A DNA stretch of 64,000 bases, from assembly GCA_035272945.1 (NCBI GenBank), contig DATEPX010000399.1:797-64796 (forward strand), in the 5' to 3' direction. Positions 36,354-44,499 of the stretch are shown one piece after another. The notes under the pieces were generated by a model, which searched no databases, was not told the DNA's origin, and saw nothing but the letters and a program-made list of their open reading frames with translations. The stretch comes from Terriglobales bacterium (GTDB taxonomy: Bacteria; Acidobacteriota; Terriglobia; Terriglobales; Acidobacteriaceae). The position numbers and the translations under genes are program-made. How positions within the stretch are numbered: the first letter of the stretch is position 1; every line of letters begins with the position of its first letter.

Positions 36354-38966
36354 TCAGTTCGATTGCATTGCGGCAACTACGGTCCAGCGTACATAGCCCG
36401 CTTTGTCGCGGTGGGCTTTCGTATTGGTAGGGGCGGCAACTCGCAAAATCGTCCAGTCGCCCTTTCGGTTGATGTTCTCGGCGGAAGTTGCGTCTGCGAC
36501 CTGCCATGGGGTCCATAGTCGGATCTCATACTCAAGTTCGGGACGCCCTTCCACTAGCATCCGAAACTTGCCATTCTGATAGGAGGTGCTGAGAACATGT
36601 AAATTCCTGCTGGCATCTCCCTCAAGGATCGACTGCCAGGGAACATCCACACCGACGCCGCCGTGATAGTCAACTTCTATGTTTGTTTCCTGAAGAGATT
36701 TCATGTTGACATGGACGTGAACGTGAACGTCGCTGCCACTGTCCTCTATCTCAAAAGGAATCGGTCTCCCGTCTTGCTTCACCGAATCAACCATCGCTCC
36801 CGCCGGTAACGCCGGAGAATATTCCAGCAAAAGCTGCGAGGTGCCGCTAACCCTCAGATCGGAATTCAGTCGCCCAGGTCGCTGATGGAGTTCAAGACTA
36901 ACCTTCCCTTGTCCGAAGGGAAACTCGCGAACGGCAACTTCTGGCCACCTTGGAGGCATATGCGGCGCCAGATGGAGAACCGCGTGAGGAACATCGAGGT
37001 CCATCCCCAGTACGCCCTCAATGAAGCCCGGCATGGCGACCAGTTCCGAAAACATCTGGTGCGGTACTCCATTGTCGAGCAGCCGATAAAAGGATCCCGA
37101 CAGCGACTCCGGCATCGCTCCGCGAGCATTAAACATACGCAAACGAGTCATCGATATCCAGCTGATGAAGCCCTGCACTGCATTGTGATACCGGTATTCG
37201 GCAAGGATGGGAGCGACCGTAAAGAATGGCCACGCCGAACCCACCTGGTAAGAGTTCTCGTTGTAGCGCGAATCTGCCAGCGACATGCTGCGCTCTCCCC
37301 AGTCGGAGAGAAACTCTGCTGTCGCCAGCCGCTCCAGCACTGCCAGGGCGTGCTGCTGCGGCAGGCTGCCAAACCAGGCGCTGTAACCAATGGTTGGATT
37401 CAGATAGGTAACTTTATCCCCAGCTTTGCTCATTCCATAGTCGTAGTATCCGAGAGACGGATTCCAGAACATTCTCTCCAGCGAGTCGGAGGCGAATTTC
37501 TCGCGCCTCTCGGACTCGCGCGCCAGATCCGGATCATCCATCGCCCGGGCCAACTCTGCCGTGGCGCGCAGGGCAGCAACCCACTCGCCGGCCATGGCTG
37601 AGTCTTGTGCGGCGACGCCGGCAGTCTCCATTGATCCCCAGTCTTCCGGCGGTATTTGAGGAAGACCATTGTTGGCATTCAAGAGTGAGAGACAGTAACT
37701 ATAAGCCTTCCGTATCGAGGGCCAGCTCTCCTTCAAGAATGCGCGGTCGCCGGTAAAGCGGTAGAAATGGCCCATGGCGATCAAATACCAGAGGGAACTG
37801 TCGCTGTGGATATAGGCGTAGGGATAGTTCCTGAACCAGTCAACCGCGCCCGCGCTTTGTGACACTTCGTGCGGAATCTGTCCATCCTCGCGTTGGTATC
37901 TCTGGATGAATCGAAACGCTTCGCGCATACTCTCTGAACCGCCAACTTCGGTCCATGCACGCTCACTGATATTCGGCTCGTCAAAAAACCAGGCATACAT
38001 GGGACGAGTTCCCGTACCGGAAGAGCCGTAGCCGGAAACGTAGCCGCAACCAAGATAGGGGTTGCAGACCTTTAACTGATCAAGCGAGATCTGCGACCAG
38101 CGCAAGGCCGAGTTAACTTCGGCATCAGGGGTGATGACTTGCGGCCCGTTGGCATCGAGATCAGCGTAGTGCTTCACGCTTTCCGCATAAAATTCCTGAA
38201 CATCCTTCAGGATTCGGTCATAGGTGGCGGCGGGCTGATATATGTTGCGGATACCCCCGGTCACAATGATGGGTACGTATGCGCGCCGCGCCTCGTCCAC
38301 ACCAACACGCAGCTCGATCTGCTCGTACGGCTGGTCGTTAGTCAAGTAGGGGTGATATCCCACTGCTGTCCCCCCAACAGCTGCTGGCGAGCCGACCAGG
38401 GCGGAGTAGGTGCCTGTGGGCTCGTTGAGTTCCACACATCGTTTTTCTTGATTCCAGGAGACGACCTGGCCTCCGACAGAGCCGGGCCACATGAGATTGA
38501 GGTCGGGTCTAAACCGCACGAACACTCGCAACGGGGCCGAGATGTTGGCCTTCAGCAAAATCACGAAGCCAGCCTCGCGACGCGGGGTAAACAGCGTTTC
38601 GGTGACCGTGAACCGTTCCGCAGAATATTGCAAATCGACACTCTGAGGACGAACTCGCACGGCACGGATCAGCTGTTCTCCAGGAAAGATGATGGGTGAT
38701 CCTTCCATCTGGAAGGCAAGACTGAAATCGTGGAATACCTTCAAGGGGTAAACCCATCCCTCGAGGACTCCGCTCTCAAATCCCCATGTTCCAGCTTTTT
38801 CTCCGACCGCGTTGACGAAACGCCAGGGCTCCGCCGGCCCGCTGAGTTCGAGATGGCTGGCGCCGAGATCAAATTCAGGGATTCTCTGTCCCCGGACGAT
38901 GGTGGGAAGAAACAGCAAAAGCGCTAAGACGCAGCCGGCGGAGAACCGGCTAGCCGGGTTGCTCAT
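36354..38966 (-). CDS. Six-hairpin glycosidase (GDE_C / COG3408-like)
   Basis: ATG 38966 gives a clean signal peptide, MSNPASRFSAGCVLALLLFLPTIVRGQ. The core reads GYGSSGTGTRPMYAWFFDEPNISERAW...IQRYQREDGQIPHE...SSLWYLIAMGHFYRFTGD. The 118 upstream in-frame codons of the track ORF run through a low-complexity tract and are probably not translated. Confidence 0.75.
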   Translation of the reverse strand: MSNPASRFSAGCVLALLLFLPTIVRGQRIPEFDLGASHLELSGPAEPWRFVNAVGEKAGTWGFESGVLEGWVYPLKVFHDFSLAFQMEGSPIIFPGEQLIRAVRVRPQSVDLQYSAERFTVTETLFTPRREAGFVILLKANISAPLRVFVRFRPDLNLMWPGSVGGQVVSWNQEKRCVELNEPTGTYSALVGSPAAVGGTAVGYHPYLTNDQPYEQIELRVGVDEARRAYVPIIVTGGIRNIYQPAATYDRILKDVQEFYAESVKHYADLDANGPQVITPDAEVNSALRWSQISLDQLKVCNPYLGCGYVSGYGSSGTGTRPMYAWFFDEPNISERAWTEVGGSESMREAFRFIQRYQREDGQIPHEVSQSAGAVDWFRNYPYAYIHSDSSLWYLIAMGHFYRFTGDRAFLKESWPSIRKAYSYCLSLLNANNGLPQIPPEDWGSMETAGVAAQDSAMAGEWVAALRATAELARAMDDPDLARESERREKFASDSLERMFWNPSLGYYDYGMSKAGDKVTYLNPTIGYSAWFGSLPQQHALAVLERLATAEFLSDWGERSMSLADSRYNENSYQVGSAWPFFTVAPILAEYRYHNAVQGFISWISMTRLRMFNARGAMPESLSGSFYRLLDNGVPHQMFSELVAMPGFIEGVLGMDLDVPHAVLHLAPHMPPRWPEVAVREFPFGQGKVSLELHQRPGRLNSDLRVSGTSQLLLEYSPALPAGAMVDSVKQDGRPIPFEIEDSGSDVHVHVHVNMKSLQETNIEVDYHGGVGVDVPWQSILEGDASRNLHVLSTSYQNGKFRMLVEGRPELEYEIRLWTPWQVADATSAENINRKGDWTILRVAAPTNTKAHRDKAGYVRWTVVAAMQSN

Positions 38967-39260
38967 GGGGTTTATTGTGCCTCTCCCATTCGGTGCCGTA
39001 AAGACGGAAGCCCCAAAAGCTAACCATCCAGTCATCGGCATTGCGTAGCTCGGTTCGTAGGGCGCTACTTTCGAGGTTTCGTTTCCGATCCAATTACTCT
39101 CAACGGCTGAGTTAGGGCCACCATGACTGTCGTCAGTCGCCAACGCCACGCGCACTGCGTTGGGGATCCCCGTGAGTGCCAGGGTCACCGAGCCTTGCGT
39201 CTCGGCCATCCGGTAACGATCCCTCACGCAGCAGGGGCGCACTGTGGCCATGGCCGGGGC

Positions 39261-39432
39261 GACGATCACCACCGCCACCATCGCCATCAGCGTCACCACC
39301 ATGCCGGTGCCGATGATCACTGCCGCCGCGGCCGCTGCTGCCGTTGCTGGTGCTGCTGCTGCTTATGGCGGTGACAATGATCATGATGATGCATCGCGAT
39401 GATAACAATGCTGCTGCTGCTGATGATGATGG
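39261..39432. repeat. Trinucleotide-rich low-complexity tract (CAC/CAT/GCT/GAT runs)
   Basis: Examples are caccaccgccaccatcgccatcagcgtcaccaccat..., gccgctgctgccgttgctggtgctgctgctgct and gctgctgctgctgatgatgatg. The tract is open in several frames on both strands. Confidence 0.5.
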
Positions 39433-39457
39433 GCGGCGAACAGCATGGCCAAGGTGT

Positions 39458-40042
39458 CTATGAGCGCGCGAATGCCAGCAGCGGACCGATGTCATGATCG
39501 TCGGCGGCCTGCAGGGCGGCGATATAACGCTGGCGCGCCGCGCCGGCACCCTGCAGATTCGCGCTTCCCCACGAAAACCGCTCACCCCCGAGCCTCATCA
39601 CCAGAAGATCCGCCATGAGGCGGGCGTGGCGGCCGTTGCCATTCGGGAAGGGATGAATCTGCACCAGCCGGTGATGGAAGCGCACCGCGATCTCGTCGGG
39701 CGGATATGTCTTGTAATCGATCCACGCCTTGGTGTCGTCAAGCAATTGGCGCAAGGCCACGGGAATCTCGTAAAACGCAGTCCCGAGATTGCGTTCGCTC
39801 GTCCTGAACTTGCCCGCCCGCCTCCATACGTCGCCGAGCATCCGCCGGTGCAGCTCGTGGACGAACTTCTCGCTCAGCGGATCACGGCGGCGGTTGAGCG
39901 CCCAATCCTGCGCGCGCGCGATGTTCTCCTGCTCCGCTTCGTTCAGCTCGCGGCGATAGGCGATATGCGCGGGGATCAGCTCGCGCACTTCCTCCGGCGT
40001 CAGCGGTGTGGCGTCGTCCGGCTGCTCGAAAAGGTCGCTCAC
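39458..40042 (-). CDS. Fic/DOC family protein, 'mobile mystery protein B' type (TIGR02613-like)
   Basis: The Fic motif HPFPNGNGRHAR lies at nt 39620-39655 (HxFx[D/E]GNGRxxR). The 194-aa size and the pairing with an upstream XRE protein are typical of this family. Confidence 0.9.
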   Translation of the reverse strand: MSDLFEQPDDATPLTPEEVRELIPAHIAYRRELNEAEQENIARAQDWALNRRRDPLSEKFVHELHRRMLGDVWRRAGKFRTSERNLGTAFYEIPVALRQLLDDTKAWIDYKTYPPDEIAVRFHHRLVQIHPFPNGNGRHARLMADLLVMRLGGERFSWGSANLQGAGAARQRYIAALQAADDHDIGPLLAFARS

Positions 40043-40047
40043 GCCCG

Positions 40048-40503
40048 CTAATCCCAGAACAGCCGCGGATTCGTCTCGCGCACAATTTCATCGAGGCGCG
40101 CTTCGGCGTCCTTGGCCGTCACCTTCTGGTCCTCCAGCAACATCGAGTGCTCGACCGGACCCAGCCGCCGCCGACCGAACGCGCGCGCTCGGTCGCGGAG
40201 CGTCGTTTCCAGCGGTTTGTTTGGCACGAGCGCATAGACCAGAGTGCAGTCGAGCGCCTCGGCCACGCGCCGCAATGTGGCCAGCTCGATGGTTCCCTTT
40301 GCTTCGGACTGTTCGAGCGCCACCAGGGAAGGTTGCTTGATCCCCAGCCGCTTCGCGAGCTGCGCCGTTGACATGCCGAGCGCCTCCCGAAGAGCCTTGA
40401 TCCAGCCGCGGACGGGCGGGGTATAGCGCTTTGCCGGCCCCAGTTCCCTGAAGCGTTCATCGAGTTGCGAGCGGGACTGGGCTGCAAGTCTAGCCTTCTT
40501 CAT
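40048..40503 (-). CDS. XRE-family HTH protein, 'mobile mystery protein A' type (TIGR02612-like)
   Basis: The HTH reads IKALREALGMSTAQLAKRLGIKQPSLVALEQSE...TLRRVAEALDC. Its stop lies 5 nt upstream of the Fic gene. Confidence 0.9.
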   Translation of the reverse strand: MKKARLAAQSRSQLDERFRELGPAKRYTPPVRGWIKALREALGMSTAQLAKRLGIKQPSLVALEQSEAKGTIELATLRRVAEALDCTLVYALVPNKPLETTLRDRARAFGRRRLGPVEHSMLLEDQKVTAKDAEARLDEIVRETNPRLFWD

Positions 40504-40510
40504 AGGTCAC

Positions 40511-40593
40511 AGCCTATTGTTAGAGATAGTTTCAATAGAGCTTAGCCTATTGTTTATATAGCTGTCAATAGTCTATAGTCTATAGTCAATTGA
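40511..40593. promoter_or_regulatory. Tandem operator-like repeats upstream of the mobile mystery A/B pair
   Basis: AGCCTATTGT occurs at 40511-40520 and 40544-40553, a 33-bp period. Each copy is the left arm of CTATTG-N13-CAATAG (40514-40538 and 40547-40571). Next come a TCTATAG tandem at 40572-40585 and the palindrome TCAATTGA at 40586-40593. All are AT-rich and start 8 nt upstream of the start codon at 40503. Confidence 0.5.
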
Positions 40594-40644
40594 TAGCCGC
40601 GTTCTGCGAAGGATGAGGCTTGATGACGCCGTGCGTCGGCATGA

Positions 40645-40824
40645 CTGTCGGACAGCAAGACCGGTTCCTATAATGTGGGCGGGTGGACAGTATGCGCTAG
40701 CAAGTTTCAGAAGAAATCAAAGGGCGGGATCAAGACGCCGAAAACGGAGATTGAGCTAATCAAATCGCGTCTCAAGCGAGCCGAAGACGAACCCGCGGAA
40801 TGGTTAGACGCTCGGAACAAGTAG
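40645..40824 (+). pseudogene. C-terminal remnant of a Gp49/HigB-like (RelE superfamily, DUF891-type) toxin
   Basis: The frame ending at TAG 40822-40824 reads ...FQKKSKGGIKTPKTEIELIKSRLKRAEDEPAEWL. It resembles the conserved toxin tail hGF.KK(t/s)qKTPk.EIelA..R...y. Only ~45 codons are open (stop at 40642-40644), and the toxin core is absent. A TATAAT box lies at 40669-40674. Confidence 0.45.
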
Positions 40825-40829
40825 CAGAC

Positions 40830-41162
40830 ATGAGCAAGAGAATCGAGGTCGAAGAAGGCAGCGGGAACGTGTTCGCCGACATCGGTCTACCCAACCCCGA
40901 AGAGCGTCTCGCCAAGGCCGATCTTGCGATCCGTATTAGTGAGGCCATTCGCGCGCGGCGACTAAACCAAACTCGTGCCGCGCATATCCTGAGGATTGAT
41001 CAACCCAAGATTTCACGTCTTTTGCGAGGTCAGCTATCTGGTTTCTCGACCGAACGACTTATGCATTTCCTGACCCTGCTTGGCCGAGACGTTGAGATCA
41101 CGGTAAAGCCCGCGCCGCGATCACGCCGCCAAGGGCATCTCCGCGTCGTTGCTACAGCCTGA
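40830..41162 (+). CDS. XRE-family HTH antitoxin (COG5606 / HigA2-like)
   Basis: MSKRIEVEEGSGNVFADIGLPNPEERLAKADLAIRISEAIRARRLNQTRAAHILRIDQPKISRLLRGQLSGFSTERLMHFLTLLGRDVEI is the canonical pattern for this antitoxin family. Confidence 0.85.
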   Translation: MSKRIEVEEGSGNVFADIGLPNPEERLAKADLAIRISEAIRARRLNQTRAAHILRIDQPKISRLLRGQLSGFSTERLMHFLTLLGRDVEITVKPAPRSRRQGHLRVVATA

Positions 41163-41704
41163 CTTTTCTCTCTCACGGAACAAACCCGGCGATGCAGGAG
41201 AGTCGTGCCGATGCGAGGCGGGTCAACTCCCTCGGGTTTGCATCGAATGTAATGCTACCGGCGAGAAAAGCCAGCCTCGGCCTTAAGTATTTCAAAGAAT
41301 TCTCGAATCGGGCGACGTTCCAGGGCTATTCTGTACAGATTTCAGCAACGATCAAATTCTAGTATCAGCAGCCTGTCTGGTCATTGTCTTGAACCTCTCG
41401 AACTGCGGCTATGCAGCTTTTCCACACGAGCCAAACTAGTATTCATCGGGAAGAAACTCTCAATCAGAAATCACTGACAGGAAGAATCTGCGAAACTCCC
41501 ACCGGCGGAGTTGGAGAAGAACGCCAGTTCATTAGATTGAATATAAGTGCTCCTTGGAACGCACACATCCTGCACACTGCGAGACCAGAGGTGGGCCGGC
41601 TGGCGGAGTAGGCGACCTTTGGGCGGGCATTCGAACAGTTGTTCGGCGTTGCTCGAGATTCTCGACCCTCAACGTTTGAGCCTTTTCCGCTTTGGTCGAG
41701 CGCG

Positions 41705-41736
41705 TCATCTGCCATAAATGCATCATCTGCCATAAA
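41705..41736. repeat. 18-bp-period direct repeat TCATCTGCCATAAA x2
   Basis: The copies lie at 41705-41718 and 41723-41736, in non-coding DNA upstream of the transposase remnant. Confidence 0.4.
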
Positions 41737-41931
41737 CGTTGCTGCGCCCTCGGATCATGTACTCCTGGGCGGACGCGAGGAGTACCGCTTGAGGAACCCG
41801 CTGCGGGAAATCTGCGCAGCAGCGGCGACTGAGGGGGGAGATCCCCGGAGAGCCACGGCTGACTTACTCGGGCACGAAGCTGGAAACGGCGGATACAGCC
41901 AAAGAAAGCCGACAGCTCCTCGGGCCTCCTT

Positions 41932-42190
41932 TACTCGGAGATTCCCCGGGGATTTCTGGTTGGAGCATGGGAGAAGGAAGCCATCATCGCCTTCCACCAG
42001 AAGAATCCGCTGGAAGGGTATCGGCGGCTGACCTTCATGATGCTGGATGCAGATGTGGTGGCGGTAAGCCCGGAGGATGACGGTTGTGATCCGATCGTAC
42101 CGCTTAGTGCGGCAGGTGCTCGCATCTCGCGAACCGAGACAACGTCAGGTTCTAGAGATGGCACAAATCAACGAAGTACTGCTCGAGATG
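41932..42190 (+). mobile_element. 5' remnant of an rve-type (IS3/IS481-group) transposase, frameshifted and truncated
   Basis: The frame reads YSEIPRGFLVGAWEKEAIIAFHQKNPLEGYRRLTFMMLDADVVAVSP. This is the stretch that precedes the integrase core in these transposases (IPRDFWLE.WEK.AI..F....PLEGYRRLTFMMLD.DVVAVSPSSVYRVL). The adjacent frame holds PGDFWLEH, so there are at least two frameshifts. The DDE core is missing, and the remnant runs into the 3' end of the GH127 gene. Confidence 0.6.
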
Positions 42191-42193
42191 GGT

Positions 42194-44263
42194 TCAGCCC
42201 CGGGCGACTGGCGTCCAGACCTGCATCGTGGTTGCGTTTCGATTTGCCCAGGCGTAGTAGGGGATGAACGTCAGGGGCACCTGCCTCTTTTTCGCCTGAC
42301 TGCCGCTATAGCGCGAATAAAGCGGCACTCCCAAGGGTCGATCAATCGCAACCCCGTCGTGACGGAGCACAAGGACTCCACCCAGCAAGCCAGGCTTGGG
42401 CTCAGGTTGGAACTCCGTTGATGGGTTCTTTTCTAACTCAAGCGCTACGTCGCTCAGCGCAACATTGGGCTGATCGACTTCTTCCAGGCAATAAAGTAAT
42501 GGGCCCCTCTCGACCGCAACCCGCCCATTGTCCTCAATCACGTGATAGTTTGCTTCAACGACTTGCACCGGCATTTCCATCTGCAATGTGACGACATCCC
42601 CGGCTGACCATCGACGCTGGAGTGGCAGATACTCGCCTGACTTTACTCCGGTTACGGGCTTTCCATTTACGGCAACTTGGGCACGATCTACCCAACCCGG
42701 GACCCGCAGGTGGAAGACAAAATCCGAAGCGCGCTCCGGCGTGACGGTAATTTGTACGTTGCCGTCCCAGGGATAATTGGTCTTCTGAGTCACCTTCAAA
42801 CCTGTTCCGTTCTCCAAATGCCAATCAAGATCGGAATTGTCAAAGAGATGAACATACAGTCCATCGCTGCTGGAGCTGTAAAAATAGCCCGGTAATGATG
42901 CCAGCGTGCGCTCCAGATTGGGCGGGCAGCAGGTCACGTCGTACCACGGGTTGCGGATTTTGTCTCCTGTGGAAGGGTCGAAGGCCAGCGGATTTCGGTA
43001 GCAATAAAGGGTCCCATCGAGCGACATTCCGGAGTTGATGCCGTTATACAGGGCCCGCTCGATGACATCGGCATACTTGGCATCTCCAGTGCAGGCCAGC
43101 ATGCGCCAGTTCCACATCATGTTGCCGATGGCGGCGCAGCTTTCCCCGTAGGCGCGAGCATTCGGGAGTTCATAGGCATCGCCAAAGGATTCTCCGTCGC
43201 TCCGTGCGCCCACGCCGCCCGAGATGTACATCTGGTGCTGCGTCAGATCCTCCCACAGCGTGTTTAGCGCCTTCCAATACGCCTGGTCTCCGGTTTCCAT
43301 GTAGTAGTCCGTGGCGCCACAGCACGCATACATCGCCCGCACAGCATGGCCCTCCAGTTTGGTCCGGGCCGTGAACGGTGTGCCGCTGAACATGTAAATC
43401 GTACGGCGTTCCGGGAGTTTTATCCGATCGTCACTCTGCAGAACGTATCCCGCGAGCTCAAGCTGGCGACGGTCTCCGGTAATGCGGTAGAGCTCGATTA
43501 ACGCTAATTCGATCTCCGGATGGCCGGAGACGATAGGCATCTTGGGCGCTGGGCCATAATTCGGCAGCAGAAAGTCATTGACGAAACGGATCCCAGCATC
43601 CAGCAGGCGGCGATCACCCGTACCGCGATAATAGGCAATGGCTCCCTGCAGCATATGCCCGATGTTGTAGAGTTCGTGTCCCGTGCTCTGTGTCTGCGGA
43701 AGCATTCTCAGGTTCTTGCGATCGTCAACGTAGTAAGTATTTAGATATCCACTGGGTTCCTGGATGGCTACAACCTCTTGAATCATTCTGTCGACCGTCG
43801 GTCGCATCTCTGCCAGGTCGCCGGACTGCACGGCAAATCCGACAGCTTCGATCCATTTATAAATATCGGAGTCAGAGAATACTGGGCCGTGCTGTTCTGC
43901 CTTATTCGCGCCGGTCAGCCGGCGGAAGTTATTCATCCGCCCATTGGCCTCGAGCAGATCGTGCATCGTAGGTATGCTCCGCGTGACGTTGATCTTGCGG
44001 CGGGGACTCCAGAATCCTTCCCTGATGGTGACGGCGCGGACTGGGATATTGCGCAGCTTGGCATAGGGCGACTTTGTTAGATTCTCGACCCCTTGGTCCT
44101 TCCATGCTGGCGTGATCGCAGAAGACGCTGCCTCGCTTGATGCTCCTTCTTGCGCTGCAATCGCCGAATTCAGCAATTGGGCAGGAAGGCAGGAAATAAC
44201 AGCCGTCGAGAAAGCTGAAGAAACGAATTGCCTTCGCGAAATCTCCTGATCAGTCTTCTTCAT
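42194..44263 (-). CDS. GH127 beta-L-arabinofuranosidase (DUF1680), Tat-secreted
   Basis: The Tat motif is SRRQFVSSAFS. Other motifs are IGHMLQGAIAYYRGTGD and ESCAAIGNMMWNWRM. YDVTCCPPNLERT carries the CCPPN Cys pair of HypBA1-type GH127 enzymes. A GGAGGAGGAG SD lies upstream of ATG 44263. Confidence 0.9.
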   Translation of the reverse strand: MKKTDQEISRRQFVSSAFSTAVISCLPAQLLNSAIAAQEGASSEAASSAITPAWKDQGVENLTKSPYAKLRNIPVRAVTIREGFWSPRRKINVTRSIPTMHDLLEANGRMNNFRRLTGANKAEQHGPVFSDSDIYKWIEAVGFAVQSGDLAEMRPTVDRMIQEVVAIQEPSGYLNTYYVDDRKNLRMLPQTQSTGHELYNIGHMLQGAIAYYRGTGDRRLLDAGIRFVNDFLLPNYGPAPKMPIVSGHPEIELALIELYRITGDRRQLELAGYVLQSDDRIKLPERRTIYMFSGTPFTARTKLEGHAVRAMYACCGATDYYMETGDQAYWKALNTLWEDLTQHQMYISGGVGARSDGESFGDAYELPNARAYGESCAAIGNMMWNWRMLACTGDAKYADVIERALYNGINSGMSLDGTLYCYRNPLAFDPSTGDKIRNPWYDVTCCPPNLERTLASLPGYFYSSSSDGLYVHLFDNSDLDWHLENGTGLKVTQKTNYPWDGNVQITVTPERASDFVFHLRVPGWVDRAQVAVNGKPVTGVKSGEYLPLQRRWSAGDVVTLQMEMPVQVVEANYHVIEDNGRVAVERGPLLYCLEEVDQPNVALSDVALELEKNPSTEFQPEPKPGLLGGVLVLRHDGVAIDRPLGVPLYSRYSGSQAKKRQVPLTFIPYYAWANRNATTMQVWTPVARG

Positions 44264-44499
44264 AACTCCTCCTCCGCGACGCCGCGCAGCGACCAAGACA
44301 GAAAACAATCGACCACGCACCGATTTGCTGCATGGTCCCTCTGGAAAGACAAAATCTGGCCCGCCTGAGCGAGTTGCTCCTTAGTTGTTAAAAACTCAAC
44401 TTGGCCCCAAGTTGCCAGTGTCGCGGAAGTCGCTGGTTCTGCACCTTTCCGAAAGGAGCTACTCGGCAGTAACGGTCGAGCCCTGTCGATCGATACAGG

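Noticed and set aside
39123-39374. An 83-aa Cys/His-rich plus-strand ORF (…HHRHHRHQRHHH…CCRCWCCCC…), considered as a metallothionein-like gene.
   Set aside because: Its composition is simply the translation of the trinucleotide low-complexity tract. It has no SD and several other frames are equally open. It is kept only as part of the repeat-tract observation.
40511-40593. 33-bp periodic direct repeats, considered as a mini CRISPR array.
   Set aside because: There are only two units and no spacer-like unique segments of CRISPR size. The repeats are the arms of inverted repeats and sit exactly at a promoter, so an operator explains them better.
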